Assembly: GCA_041906785.1 (NCBI GenBank)
Contig: JAYRIM010000014.1
Location: 3,215-67,214, forward strand
DNA length: 64,000 bases
Direction: 5' to 3'
DNA from: Candidatus Levyibacteriota bacterium
GTDB taxonomy: Bacteria > Patescibacteriota > Microgenomatia > Levybacterales > UBA12049
Shown: positions 26,846 to 37,636 of the stretch, one piece after another
Numbering within the stretch: the first letter of the stretch is position 1
Layout: every line of letters starts with the position of its first letter
Notes under the pieces: model-generated
Seen by the model: the letters and a program-made list of their open reading frames with translations, nothing else
Databases searched by the model: none
What the model was told of the DNA's origin: nothing
Position numbers and translations under genes: made by a program

Positions 26846-27567
26846 GTAAAGTGATTATCATTGAGGGTCGAAACATGGTTCATGATGCATTAACTTCAGA
26901 TAAAAAACTGAAGAAAGTGGTTATCAGTAGAGAAAGTATCGGTGATCCAAAAATTGAAGAGATTATTCAGCTCACAAAGAAGAAAAATGTTTCTTTTTCT
27001 ATTCTTCCTTCTCATGAAATTCGAGGTATAGCACAATCACAAAATCCTCAAAATATCATCGCTGAAATGGAAATAGAAATTCCTTCATTGAAGAAGATTT
27101 TAGATTCTAAAGAAAATCCTTTAATTCTTCTATTTAACCGTTTAGATTATGAACAGAATCTAGGTGCTATTTTACGAACTTCGTGGGGTGCAGGTGTAGA
27201 CGCTGTCATCGCATCACCCAGCGGTGTTCATGAATTAACTCCTGTTGTGACAAAAGTATCCATGGGAGGAGCGGCACATGTTCCACTTCTCGGCGAAAGT
27301 CTTTTCCCCGCGCTAAAACTGATAAAAGATTATGGAATTCCTGTTGTGGGTGTAGAGGAAGATTTAGGTGAGCCATATTTTAGTCAAGAACTTCGTGGGC
27401 CTGTAGCATTCGTTTTTGGAGGAGAGGATTCAGGTTTGTCAGAACCTTTAAGAAAATACTGTGATATATTTATTCACATTCCTATGAAATCAGGATTGTC
27501 TTCTCTTAATGTCAGTGTAGCTACAGCGTTAATTGTTTTTGAGAAAATGAGACAAGAAAGAGAATAA
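26842..27567 (+). CDS. SpoU/TrmH-family RNA 2'-O-methyltransferase (RlmB-like)
   Basis: SPOUT motifs LDYEQNLGAILRTSWGAGVDAVI, FVFGGEDSGLS, SLNVSVATAL; ATG overlaps the doc stop (ATGA). Confidence 0.75.
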   Translation: MSKVIIIEGRNMVHDALTSDKKLKKVVISRESIGDPKIEEIIQLTKKKNVSFSILPSHEIRGIAQSQNPQNIIAEMEIEIPSLKKILDSKENPLILLFNRLDYEQNLGAILRTSWGAGVDAVIASPSGVHELTPVVTKVSMGGAAHVPLLGESLFPALKLIKDYGIPVVGVEEDLGEPYFSQELRGPVAFVFGGEDSGLSEPLRKYCDIFIHIPMKSGLSSLNVSVATALIVFEKMRQERE

Positions 27568-27570
27568 AAT

Positions 27571-28038
27571 ATGCCGCATATTCATGAAGACATAGATTTT
27601 ACAGTGGATGTCTACGTCGTGTATAAAAATAAAGTTCTCCTACGTATGCATGAAAAGTATAATATGTGGCTTGCAGTAGGAGGGCATGTAGAATTGACTG
27701 AAGATGTGAATGAAGCTGCTATTCGTGAAGTAAAAGAAGAAGTTGGTTTAGATGTCGTATTAGATAATCATTTACAGACATTCCATTTGGACAATAAAAA
27801 CTTTAAAGAGCTTATCCCACCATACCATTTTAATATTCACACTATTAATGAACGACATAGACATTCATCGTTAGTTTATTTTGCTCGTTCGAATAGTGAT
27901 TTCATCATCCAACCTGAAGGAGAAGAGAAAAGTAGTGCTTGTGTGTGGTTTACGAAAGAAGAAATAGAGAAACATCCTGATTTAAACCCAGAGATCAGAT
28001 ATTATGCACTTCATGCCCTTACAGTTCTAGGTGAATAA
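27571..28038 (+). CDS. Nudix hydrolase
   Basis: Nudix box GGHVELTEDVNEAAIREVKEEVGL. Confidence 0.7.
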   Translation: MPHIHEDIDFTVDVYVVYKNKVLLRMHEKYNMWLAVGGHVELTEDVNEAAIREVKEEVGLDVVLDNHLQTFHLDNKNFKELIPPYHFNIHTINERHRHSSLVYFARSNSDFIIQPEGEEKSSACVWFTKEEIEKHPDLNPEIRYYALHALTVLGE

Positions 28039-29625
28039 TTATCTTTTTCTTTGTTTAAGTTTCTTCGCGATAAACCATGTAAAAACTACAATAATAGCAA
28101 TTATAGGAATCGAAAAGACGATTATTTCCGGCGCAAAATACTTATACAATTCTGAAGCATTCCGTACTTGGGGTTCTCGTTTTTCTTCAGGTAGGGCTGC
28201 TGACGAAATAATAATAGTATTTTTTTTCCACATATCAGGTTGTCCTTTTTTTGAAACCCGCCACAATACTCCGCTGCCAGGTACATATTTCACGCCATCT
28301 GTACCTATTGTCGTTGCACCCCAATCCACAATATAAAGACTATTATCTGGTCCGAATACTACATCTGACGGTCGGTTTAATCCTCCTGATTGATTTATAT
28401 ATGATGGACCTGGTAAGAAATTTGATGCGAATGAAGTCACTTCCTTTGTTTCCATGTTCACTTTCGATACACGAAAACCATTTGGCGTTATATTAAATCC
28501 AGCTGTCGGAACTGTATATGTTCCGAACTCAGCGACGAATAGATCGCCTTTATAACCGAAATCATCACTATTTGAGAAGGCTATGCCATTTGTCCCGCTA
28601 TGGGTAGGAAAAGTGAGAATTGGTTCTTTTAATTCAGGATGTTTCTGCCAAAGAAATTCCGGTTTCGGTTTACTCGGTTCATGGAACCGTTCATCAGTAA
28701 CAGGTGCGCTATCGAAATATTCAGGCCATCCATACCATGCGTCTTGTTTAACCTCGACAAGATAATCAACATCATTAAATACCGGTCTACTGCCGCGGAC
28801 ATCTGCACCGTGGAATGTAGACCAAAGAGTGTTATTTGCATCAAATGTTAAACCAAACGGATTTCGTAAACCCCACGCAACTAATTCGATTTCAGAACCA
28901 TCAGGATTAAACCGGATAATAGATCCGCCACATTTTACATTACCTTTTATTATTTCACCTGGTTTACTTGACGTCCCCAAAGGTTTATACGCACCCGTGG
29001 TAACTTTTTCACCTTTTTTTAAAGGATTGTCAGTTGTGAAATTTTTTCCGGTAAGTGTTATATCTTTACATGGAACCTCGTGTGCCTCTGGAGATTTATC
29101 CAGCCAACCAAAAAGATAATTATCTTCGCCCACAACTCCAGTATTAGTTGTCGTTCCTTGTCCCACATATATTTTCCCATCAGGACCGCGAACGATTTTA
29201 TTATTTTGATGATCTCCTTGTGAAGGTAGTCCTGTTACGATATCTGTCAGCTTTCCGTTCTGAAGAAGAGAGATTTTTCCTTTGTGCGAAATATATAATT
29301 TCTTATCAAGCATTAAAAGACCAGTGACCGGACTCTCTAAACCTTTTTCCAGTAAAACCTCTACCTTTCCTTCAGGAGTAATCTTTAAAATGCGGGGTTT
29401 TGCAGTATTTTGAAATCCAGATTCTGCTATGAGGACATTTTTCCCATCAAAGATTGCGGTAGTAGGTACGCTTAGATTCGCTACTACTGCTTCGACTTCG
29501 TAACCATCAGGTACGTTAATTGCGTTTGGTTCAATCTTTCGTTTGAGTTCCTCAGCAGTAGCAGTACGGTTGAATGCTTGGGTTACAATGAAAAACCCAA
29601 GTAGACAACTCATAATTTTTTTCAT
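28039..29625 (-). CDS. exported beta-propeller protein (PQQ-dependent sugar dehydrogenase / NHL-like), C-terminal TM anchor
   Basis: Signal peptide, recurring GPDGKIYVG / GPDNSLYIVD blade motifs, C-terminal hydrophobic helix + KKLKQRKR. Confidence 0.4.
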   Translation of the reverse strand: MKKIMSCLLGFFIVTQAFNRTATAEELKRKIEPNAINVPDGYEVEAVVANLSVPTTAIFDGKNVLIAESGFQNTAKPRILKITPEGKVEVLLEKGLESPVTGLLMLDKKLYISHKGKISLLQNGKLTDIVTGLPSQGDHQNNKIVRGPDGKIYVGQGTTTNTGVVGEDNYLFGWLDKSPEAHEVPCKDITLTGKNFTTDNPLKKGEKVTTGAYKPLGTSSKPGEIIKGNVKCGGSIIRFNPDGSEIELVAWGLRNPFGLTFDANNTLWSTFHGADVRGSRPVFNDVDYLVEVKQDAWYGWPEYFDSAPVTDERFHEPSKPKPEFLWQKHPELKEPILTFPTHSGTNGIAFSNSDDFGYKGDLFVAEFGTYTVPTAGFNITPNGFRVSKVNMETKEVTSFASNFLPGPSYINQSGGLNRPSDVVFGPDNSLYIVDWGATTIGTDGVKYVPGSGVLWRVSKKGQPDMWKKNTIIISSAALPEEKREPQVRNASELYKYFAPEIIVFSIPIIAIIVVFTWFIAKKLKQRKR

Positions 29626-29707
29626 TGTCGTACATCTACCACAGCTACATTAAAGTTACGTAAGAATTTTGCTATTGTAGATACAACTATCGAAAGGAGG
29701 TGAACAT

Positions 29708-29890
29708 ATGAAAAAATGGCTTGTTGTTTTCGTTTTACTACTTCTGGGCATATATTGGTTATTCGACCATACAGCTCCTATGCCTTTAAATCATGAACAA
29801 TTCGGACTCTATAACCACGATATACATCGCATGATAGGAATTGTATTTTTCCTTAGCGCAGGATTAGTATGGTGGAAATGGAAAGTTTAG
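29708..29890 (+). CDS. small membrane protein
   Basis: 60 aa, two hydrophobic helices, RBS aaggagg. Confidence 0.3.
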   Translation: MKKWLVVFVLLLLGIYWLFDHTAPMPLNHEQFGLYNHDIHRMIGIVFFLSAGLVWWKWKV

Positions 29891-29956
29891 TAGGTATATA
29901 TTTATCTATAGCTTAAGTGTGTCTTTGCTGTGGAATTCTTGCTATAATATAACTTC

Positions 29957-31144
29957 ATGATTAAAAATAATCGGAATCTCCTTATTATCGCGTTGATCGC
30001 GCTTGTGAACATGCTCGGATATGGAATTATTATTCCTATTCTCTATGCATATTCTAAGAAATTTGGTCTTTCTGATTTCCAAAATGGCCTTCTTTTTGCT
30101 TCATTTTCAATTTGCCAATTTATCGCCACACCCATTATCGGCCGTTTATCAGATAAATATGGCCGAAGACCGATGCTTCTCATGTCAATTAGCGGAACTG
30201 CACTTTCTTTTTTCATTATGGCGTTTGCGCCGAATGCTTGGTTTTTATTTTTAGCTCGTGCTCTTGATGGTATCACTGCAGGGAACATACCTGTGGCGTT
30301 TGCAGTTATCTCTGATTCGACAAAGCCTGAAGATCGAGCAAAAGCATTCGGGCTTATCGGAGCTGCATTTAATTTCGGATTTGTATTTGGTCCGGCAGTG
30401 GCAGCTTTTACTGTAGGTTTCGGGGAAGCGATTCCATTTATCATCGCCGGCATTATAACCCTGATTGCAGTATTGTTAACAGCGATATATTTACCTGAAA
30501 CAAATAAGCATATGGGAGAAGTGAAACAAGGAAAGCTTTTCGATTTTCCGAAATTATGGCATACGCTTTTCGATCCGAATATCGGAGTAACATTCGTGAT
30601 CTCACTCATATTTTTCCTTGCATTTTCCTGTGCGATTATTTATGGTTTTCAGCCATTTACTATGCATGTGTTGCATATTTCACAATCACAGAATGCTGTG
30701 TTATTCACAGTGTTCGGAACTGTCGGTCTTATCTCACAAAGTTTCTTAGTGCAGCGGATATCAAAAGTGCTGGGTATGAAAAAGGCCTTTACAACAGCTA
30801 TATTCTTTACAGCGGTTTCATTTATTCTTATGTTCTTTTCTCATGCGCTTCCGTTATTTATCGCCGCATCTATTATCCTGGCGCTATTTAACAGTGTGGT
30901 ACAAACATTACTTCCAGCGATTCTCTCCCAAGAGGCAGATGCGAAATCCCAAGGATCTATAATGGGATTGAATGCTTCCTATCAAAGTATCGGCATGATA
31001 GTCGGGCCTATTCTCGGAGGAGCAGTAGCAGAAAAAATTAGTATTTCATCTCCATTTATTATCGGAAGCGTACTCGTACTTATTTGTTTTTTCCTTTCCT
31101 TCCAAGTTCTTCGCCCAGGAGTCAGAAAAGAATCTGCATTCTGA
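29957..31144 (+). CDS. MFS transporter
   Basis: 12 TM, GRLSDKYGRRP motif A. Confidence 0.8.
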   Translation: MIKNNRNLLIIALIALVNMLGYGIIIPILYAYSKKFGLSDFQNGLLFASFSICQFIATPIIGRLSDKYGRRPMLLMSISGTALSFFIMAFAPNAWFLFLARALDGITAGNIPVAFAVISDSTKPEDRAKAFGLIGAAFNFGFVFGPAVAAFTVGFGEAIPFIIAGIITLIAVLLTAIYLPETNKHMGEVKQGKLFDFPKLWHTLFDPNIGVTFVISLIFFLAFSCAIIYGFQPFTMHVLHISQSQNAVLFTVFGTVGLISQSFLVQRISKVLGMKKAFTTAIFFTAVSFILMFFSHALPLFIAASIILALFNSVVQTLLPAILSQEADAKSQGSIMGLNASYQSIGMIVGPILGGAVAEKISISSPFIIGSVLVLICFFLSFQVLRPGVRKESAF

Positions 31145-31189
31145 TTTTAATCAGAAAATTTGCTACAATAGCGCCCATAATGCTCTTCT

Positions 31190-31999
31190 ATGATTCGTAG
31201 TGAATTTGAAGGACCACTAGGTTTAAAACCGTCTTTAGCTCGTACTGTTTTTGAAGGTGCAAGAAAAATGAGTGGGTTAGAGATAAGCCAGGAAAGTAGA
31301 GAAAATCTCGCTAGAGTAAACGAGCGACTTGGAACAGGACCATTAGTAGTCTATGCAAATCACATATCCTTTCATGACGCCGGGGTCAGTATTCCGCTTG
31401 TACTTTCTCTACCAAACGCTAGACAAATACTCGGTCCAGTCGGATATAAATACTATGATTTACAACGTAATCCGGTTATGGGCGCATTCCTCCGATCATT
31501 GCCAGCAGTAGGGATTTATCCACTTCCAGTTGTTCAAGAAAATGATAGCTCTTCCTATCCAGGTGAGGTCCAAGAAAAGTTAGCACGTGCATATCTTCGT
31601 AGAACAAGAGAAACGCTTGATCAACCAGGTACACTCTTTGGTATTGCTCCTGAAGGAACAAGAAATTCGAAAGGAACTTTACAACGCGGACATCCTGGTT
31701 TAGGTTACCTTGAGAGGTTGGTGCGTAAACATGAATTATCATATGTGCCGATTGGTTTTGCATATCGGGAACATTCAGACCGACCAAGCATAACCGTTGG
31801 TGAACCGTTTACATTACGAGAGCTATTGCCTGAGGGATTTATGTTTGGAGAGCCTCAGAGAGAGCATGCACAGCAGCGCACAGATCTACTCATGGTAAAA
31901 CTTGCTGCACTACTGCCTCCGCATATGCGTGGGGATTATAGCGACCCTGAGCAGTATCTGGAACCCTTGGGTTTGCAAGTAGATGATATAGCGTTATAG
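31190..31999 (+). CDS. lysophospholipid acyltransferase (PlsC-like) family protein
   Basis: NHISFHD (HX4D), later ...GIAPEGTRN... block. Confidence 0.55.
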   Translation: MIRSEFEGPLGLKPSLARTVFEGARKMSGLEISQESRENLARVNERLGTGPLVVYANHISFHDAGVSIPLVLSLPNARQILGPVGYKYYDLQRNPVMGAFLRSLPAVGIYPLPVVQENDSSSYPGEVQEKLARAYLRRTRETLDQPGTLFGIAPEGTRNSKGTLQRGHPGLGYLERLVRKHELSYVPIGFAYREHSDRPSITVGEPFTLRELLPEGFMFGEPQREHAQQRTDLLMVKLAALLPPHMRGDYSDPEQYLEPLGLQVDDIAL

Positions 32000-32163
32000 T
32001 GACAGGACACCCTAAACATTCATAATTTTTCATGAGAGAAGAAGCATTTTTTCTATGTGGGTAGGTACATACTGTAGACATGAAGAAACCTGAACGAGAA
32101 ACATTTTCCACGAGAACGAGTAAGGTATTTGGTGGTATTGAGGTTGCAAATTAACTTTCCGAA

Positions 32164-32505
32164 CTATTCAAGCGGATATTTTTTAATTCGCCATGCAAGC
32201 AATCCGCTTTTCATATTGAAAACATTTGTATACCCTAGTTTCACCATAGTATCGACTGCAATTACGCTTCGAGATCCACTGAGACAATAAACTACTATTT
32301 TCGCATTTTTATCAGGGATTACATCATCTATATGTTGCTGGACTTGATCAACAGAAAGATTGATACTTGAAGAGATATGATTTTTACCATATTCTTCAGG
32401 GGTTCGTACATCCAGCACAGTTATATTCTCTTTAGCCTTTAGAGAGGTATATACTTCTTCAACTGAAATAGTGGGTACATCGGGCTCAAAAAATCCAAAT
32501 ATCAT
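32164..32505 (-). CDS. rhodanese-domain protein
   Basis: Active-site loop VVYCLSGSRS. Confidence 0.75.
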   Translation of the reverse strand: MIFGFFEPDVPTISVEEVYTSLKAKENITVLDVRTPEEYGKNHISSSINLSVDQVQQHIDDVIPDKNAKIVVYCLSGSRSVIAVDTMVKLGYTNVFNMKSGLLAWRIKKYPLE

Positions 32506-32506
32506 A

Positions 32507-33022
32507 TTATTTTTTTACCTTCCAAGTAAAAAACGCGATAAGGAGAAACGCTGTTAGACAGAGAGTTGCCTGTGTAATAAATCCGAAAAGATTAAAATAT
32601 TTTGTCGTGCATACGACGCTGGCAGAACATGCTTGCTGCGTAGCGTCGATAACATTCCAATGAATAAGCTGTTGATATGCTGCTGCAGGAATACCGAAGA
32701 GAAGGGAAGGAAAAACATATGCTGAAATGTTGCGGTCTTTTTTCAGAATTCCTACAGTAAGAATAAGAAGGGTCCCAAACATGAGCATTCGCTCAAACCA
32801 GCATAATGATGCAGCAGGGTTACCTTTTATTTCAATAAAGTACACACTGGCCAGTGTAGCGGCGAATGCAGTAACCCAAGATGCATATAGAAGAGTACTT
32901 CGTTCGCGCTCTTTCTCAGCATTCATATATTTATTATAGCGAAGAGAATATATCTGTCTGTGATTAAAATCGCAGAATGATTGTTCATAGGGATTCAAAA
33001 AAAATGCTGTGATAGAGATCAT
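32507..33022 (-). CDS. DsbB/BdbC-like membrane protein (degenerate first CxxC)
   Basis: 4 TM, SLCWFERM resembles the BdbC LCWYQR loop but the first Cys is absent; second pair QQACSASVVC. Confidence 0.45.
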   Translation of the reverse strand: MISITAFFLNPYEQSFCDFNHRQIYSLRYNKYMNAEKERERSTLLYASWVTAFAATLASVYFIEIKGNPAASLCWFERMLMFGTLLILTVGILKKDRNISAYVFPSLLFGIPAAAYQQLIHWNVIDATQQACSASVVCTTKYFNLFGFITQATLCLTAFLLIAFFTWKVKK

Positions 33023-33063
33023 ACCGAAGAATAATATGAGAACTTATAATTTTAATTTATCAT

Positions 33064-33594
33064 ATGCCGCATTGTGATACTTTAAACGGTCCGGTTGTTT
33101 TAGCAGCGAAAAAAGCGTTAGAAGCAGGAAATGTGAATTACGTTCTTATTTGGGTGCCGAAAGAAGCTGAAAGCGAACTAAAACATGCTTTCGAGAAAAC
33201 TCTTGCTGTTAGCAAATTGGGAAATGAAGCGAAGGAACTCGCAGAGTATTGGTTTTACGAAACAGCAGTGCGTTTACATCGTGCCGGTGAAGGAGAAGGT
33301 TTTACAGGATTAAAACCAGAAGGAAAACTTGATCCTATTGTTCAAAAAGCGGAACATGCTATTGAAGTTGACACTGCACATGAGTTTGTGGATATTATCA
33401 AGCGGGCTGTAGAGGTCGAGTTGAACGAGCGGTTTGAAAAAGTACTTCATACGAAAAATTATGAGGTGAATGATGTTGACGCTGGAAGAAAATTTATAGA
33501 GGCATACATAGGGTTTGTAATCTATGCTCACCATTTATTCGAAAGTCTATCAGCAAGTCATCATCTGGATGAAAAAAGTAAACACGAACACTAA
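33064..33594 (+). CDS. hypothetical protein
   Basis: 176 aa, helical, no motif. Confidence 0.4.
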   Translation: MPHCDTLNGPVVLAAKKALEAGNVNYVLIWVPKEAESELKHAFEKTLAVSKLGNEAKELAEYWFYETAVRLHRAGEGEGFTGLKPEGKLDPIVQKAEHAIEVDTAHEFVDIIKRAVEVELNERFEKVLHTKNYEVNDVDAGRKFIEAYIGFVIYAHHLFESLSASHHLDEKSKHEH

Positions 33595-33669
33595 TTTTTA
33601 TAGCTCTATCGTTGCTTTCTTTTCCATTTTTTAGCATACTAAATGTAATCCTCCTGCAGGAGAGATTAT

Positions 33670-36015
33670 ATGGTGTTTTTTAGAGTTTTTCAGAATTTTT
33701 GTATATTTCTTTTTTGTTTATATTCTTTGTTATTTCTACCTCGATTCGCTTTTGCTGCAAGTCAGGTGGTAACGAATAATAATAATTCAGGAGCAGGGTC
33801 ACTGCGTCAAGCAATTCTTGATATAGAGTCCAGCGGCTCTGATGGAGATACTATTACATTTAATCTCTCTGCAGGAAACGAGACTATTACTATTTCTTCA
33901 CAATTTGCGCTTATTTGGCAAAAGAATTTTACAATTGATGGTGACAATACTGCAGGAAGTGGTACGAATGTGACTATTCAAGTAACTACGCCGGGCAGTT
34001 CTTCATTCAGAATCTTTGAAATACGACCATATAGCGGAACCTATTTATTTAAAAACATGACTTTGTATGGAGGAAACGTTAGTACTGAGTACGGTGGAAC
34101 TATTAAAGTTTACTCTGGTGACAGTACAGGAAACTTAACACTTGATAATGTAATAATTGATGGATCAAAAGCTATGTATGGTGGTTGTGTCTATGCATGG
34201 GGAACAATGGGAACATTAACTATCACAAACAGCACCTTTACCAATTGTCAGGCTACCAATGCATCGCCTTATGGTGGTGGAGCATTATTTATGCGGTCTG
34301 TCGGTACGATAAATATCAGTAGTTCTTCATTTACTAATAACTCAAGCATTTACCAGGGAGGAGGTATCTATATGTTCGATCAAACATTTACTATGGATAA
34401 AATAACGGTTACCGGTAATTCAGCGAGTAACCAAGGTGGAGGAATATATTTAGATGGGGATAATGCTTTAGCAATTGCTACATTAACGAATTCTACCATA
34501 GCAAATAATACCTCTTCGTCTCATGGTGGTGGGCTTCTTTTATATTACGGAAGAGTGCAGATTACGAACAGTACAATAAGTAGTAATACTTCTTCAGGTG
34601 TGGGAGGAGGATTTTATTCGGGATATGGAAGCCCCTATTTAACTAATGTCACACTTGCAAATAATAATTCTACAGGAGGAACAGCTGATGGCGTGTATCA
34701 TGAAGGTGGCTCTACGCTGTATATGAAAAACACGATTCTTGCAAATAACGGTACAGGCTATGATATGACAAATAATGCTACTGTATCAGATAGCGGATAT
34801 AATATTGTAGAAAATTCTTCCGGAAAAACATTTAATGCGACAGGAGATATAGCTGGCAACCAAGCAAATTTGAACCTTGATAGCACACTGGCTGATAATA
34901 GTACTTTAAATGGGACACAAACATTAGCTCTTGCTTCTGGCAGTGTGGCAATTGATGCTGGAAATTCTACGACATATCAGTCAATAACAATACCTTCTAC
35001 AGATCAACGCGGTTTAAGTAGATCAGGAACATTGGATATAGGTGCTTATGAATATGCAGGAGGGGGAAGTACGCCTACTCCCACGCCTACAAATACACCA
35101 ACACCTACACCGACACCTACAAATACCCCGACGCCCACACCTGCTCCCACAAGCACGCCTACTCCCACGCCCACAAATACTCAAACTCCTACTCCAACAA
35201 ATACCCCTAGTCCTACCTCAACACCTACTCCCACTGTGGTGCAAACTACAAGTACATCTACATCAGAAACTTCTTCAAAAGGAACAGAAACATGTCCTTC
35301 AAGATATGTTGAATGTCCGAATACAGGACCAATATTCCAAAGAGCTCAGTTAGTAACATCAGATGGAGTCTACGCTAGCCATGGACAGTTTTTCCTAAAT
35401 CCGCTTCCAGGCAGTATGGATTTAGTCATAAAGATAGACCAACAGAATACGGTTAACCTTCTAACTAAACAGGTTGATGTGCCAGTGCCTTGGCAGCAGG
35501 GATACAACACAGCCGGAGAAATTTTTTCTTATAATGCTAAGTCAGCGTTTAACGGCTACCCTGTGACGACTATTGATTCTCCTGCGATTATTATCTTACC
35601 ATATGACCCGAATCGTCTGTTCGGTCGCACACCAGATGAATTACGAATAGGGTATTATAACCAAACACTGAAACGATGGGAGATTATTCAGGATAATACA
35701 GTTGTGGATACAGAAAAACATACAGTAGCCAATACGACACGTATAATGACGTATTATGCTGTAGTCTATCCTCGTACGAATATCATTCCGCCTGTTCTGA
35801 AGGCAGCTTCAAAAAAAACAAAAACCCTAGGGGTGAAAACGAAATGTGGAGAATATATAGTGGAAGCTGGAGATTCGTTATGGACTATTGCGGAAGAGTT
35901 TTTAGGAAAAGGGGAAAACTACAAATCAATAAGAGAAAAAAATAAAAAGCAATTTCCTTCCTTAGAGAAATCTACCATGATAAAACCTGGTTGGAAGTTA
36001 CAGGTAGGTTGTTAA
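33670..36015 (+). CDS. secreted right-handed beta-helix (pectate-lyase-like repeat) protein with Pro/Thr linker and C-terminal LysM domain
   Basis: Signal peptide; many NxT/GGG beta-helix rungs; PTPTPTNTPTPTP linker; C-terminal LysM (CGEYIVEAGDSLWTIAEEFLGKGENYKSIREKN). Confidence 0.65.
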   Translation: MVFFRVFQNFCIFLFCLYSLLFLPRFAFAASQVVTNNNNSGAGSLRQAILDIESSGSDGDTITFNLSAGNETITISSQFALIWQKNFTIDGDNTAGSGTNVTIQVTTPGSSSFRIFEIRPYSGTYLFKNMTLYGGNVSTEYGGTIKVYSGDSTGNLTLDNVIIDGSKAMYGGCVYAWGTMGTLTITNSTFTNCQATNASPYGGGALFMRSVGTINISSSSFTNNSSIYQGGGIYMFDQTFTMDKITVTGNSASNQGGGIYLDGDNALAIATLTNSTIANNTSSSHGGGLLLYYGRVQITNSTISSNTSSGVGGGFYSGYGSPYLTNVTLANNNSTGGTADGVYHEGGSTLYMKNTILANNGTGYDMTNNATVSDSGYNIVENSSGKTFNATGDIAGNQANLNLDSTLADNSTLNGTQTLALASGSVAIDAGNSTTYQSITIPSTDQRGLSRSGTLDIGAYEYAGGGSTPTPTPTNTPTPTPTPTNTPTPTPAPTSTPTPTPTNTQTPTPTNTPSPTSTPTPTVVQTTSTSTSETSSKGTETCPSRYVECPNTGPIFQRAQLVTSDGVYASHGQFFLNPLPGSMDLVIKIDQQNTVNLLTKQVDVPVPWQQGYNTAGEIFSYNAKSAFNGYPVTTIDSPAIIILPYDPNRLFGRTPDELRIGYYNQTLKRWEIIQDNTVVDTEKHTVANTTRIMTYYAVVYPRTNIIPPVLKAASKKTKTLGVKTKCGEYIVEAGDSLWTIAEEFLGKGENYKSIREKNKKQFPSLEKSTMIKPGWKLQVGC

Positions 36016-36052
36016 GTTATAGAAAAATATTCTTCATGCTATAATTAGCTTC

Positions 36053-37165
36053 ATGAATCTATCAGTCGGGATTGTAGGGTTGCCCAACGTTGGGAAGTCT
36101 ACGCTTTTTAATGCGCTTCTCAAAAAGCAGCAGGCGCTCGCTGCGAACTATCCGTTCGCGACTATAGAACCGAATGTCGGTGTCGTGCCAGTGCCTGATG
36201 CAAGGTTAAACAAATTGGCAGAGATTACGAAAGAGGAAGAAAAGATGAATGAACTGCCACCACTTAAGCCAGCGACGGTGGAGTTTGTGGATATTGCTGG
36301 ACTTGTGAAAGGTGCTTCAGAAGGAGCAGGCCTGGGAAATAAATTTCTCGCCAATATTCGTGAAGTGAATATCATTGCTCATGTAGTAAGGGCTTTTACC
36401 GATGAAAATGTTATACGCGAAGGAAGTGTCAGTCCTGAAGAAGATTATAGAACGATTCAGACAGAATTAGTTTTAGCAGATCTGGCGACGATTGAAAAGC
36501 AGCGCGAGAGCAAAACAGTGAAAACTGATCCCATGAAAAAGGAAGTCGTCGAAAAACTATATAAAGGATTAAATGCAGGTGTCTCGGCGAAAGATATACC
36601 ATTAACAGATGAAGAACGGGAAGTTGCAAGGGAATTTTTTCTTTTATCAAACAAACAGGAAGTAATTGTATTAAATGTCGTGGAAGGCGATTATAACCCT
36701 TCGGGTATTGAGGCCGCAATTGAGAAATATACGAATGAGATTGGGTCGTCTTCTGCTCGCAATGACAATATTGTTGTTATTTCTGCAAAAATCGAATCAG
36801 AACTTGCTGCATTGTCTGAAGAAGAGCAAAAAATATATTTGGCAGATTTAGGGCTTGAAGCATCGGGGTTGGAACGACTAATTCAGAAAGCATATGCGAC
36901 GCTCGGGTTGATTTCTTTTCTGACAGCTGGTGAGAAAGAAGTTCGTGCGTGGACTATTAAAAGAGGAACAAATGCGCAGAATGCAGCGGGAGAAATTCAT
37001 ACAGATTTTATTAAAAAGTTTATTAAAGCTGAGGTTGTTGCCTATGAAGATTTCATTACCCAAAAGGGTTGGAAAGGGAGTAGGGAAGCAGGAAAGGCGA
37101 GGTTAGAAGGAAAAGAGTATTTGATGCAAGACGGTGATGTGGTTGAATTTAAGATAGGCTCTTAA
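36053..37165 (+). CDS. ychF: ribosome-binding ATPase YchF
   Basis: GIVGLPNVGKSTLFNAL P-loop, TGS C-terminus, typical length. Confidence 0.9.
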   Translation: MNLSVGIVGLPNVGKSTLFNALLKKQQALAANYPFATIEPNVGVVPVPDARLNKLAEITKEEEKMNELPPLKPATVEFVDIAGLVKGASEGAGLGNKFLANIREVNIIAHVVRAFTDENVIREGSVSPEEDYRTIQTELVLADLATIEKQRESKTVKTDPMKKEVVEKLYKGLNAGVSAKDIPLTDEEREVAREFFLLSNKQEVIVLNVVEGDYNPSGIEAAIEKYTNEIGSSSARNDNIVVISAKIESELAALSEEEQKIYLADLGLEASGLERLIQKAYATLGLISFLTAGEKEVRAWTIKRGTNAQNAAGEIHTDFIKKFIKAEVVAYEDFITQKGWKGSREAGKARLEGKEYLMQDGDVVEFKIGS

Positions 37166-37195
37166 CACCAAACCACGCTAAAATTGAACGCGAAA

Positions 37196-37624
37196 CTACG
37201 CTTTTAGCCTAGCAGTATCATAAATCCTACGAATAATTTTTATTCCATTTGGTTCTCCAAAATTAATTAAATAGCCTAGTTTGTATTCTGAATTTTTTAA
37301 GTAGTACCAAAACTGTTTAACGTCATCCTTGTATAAAAATGGTTTAGCTTTTAGCTCAATAATAATAGAATTGTTTACCAGTAGGTCAGGAGTATAAACC
37401 CCAACTTTTGTTTCTAAGTGGTGAATTGGTAATTGTTTTTCTCGTTCAACAGTTAGTCCTTTATTTTTCAGCTCTACAAATAAAGCTTTTTGATAAATAG
37501 ATTCTTTTTGCGTGTTGCGAAATTTCTTATAAATAGAAAAGCATGCACCTTGAATTAAGAATGACTCTTGTGGAAAAAGTAGCGTGGTTTCGCGTAATGT
37601 TTTGCTTGGTTTTGCGATATCCAT
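37196..37624 (-). CDS. GxxExxY family protein (PD-(D/E)XK-like)
   Basis: GACFSIYKKF...ESIYQKAL matches the GxxExxY family signature. Confidence 0.6.
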   Translation of the reverse strand: MDIAKPSKTLRETTLLFPQESFLIQGACFSIYKKFRNTQKESIYQKALFVELKNKGLTVEREKQLPIHHLETKVGVYTPDLLVNNSIIIELKAKPFLYKDDVKQFWYYLKNSEYKLGYLINFGEPNGIKIIRRIYDTARLKA

Positions 37625-37636
37625 ACTAAAATTATA

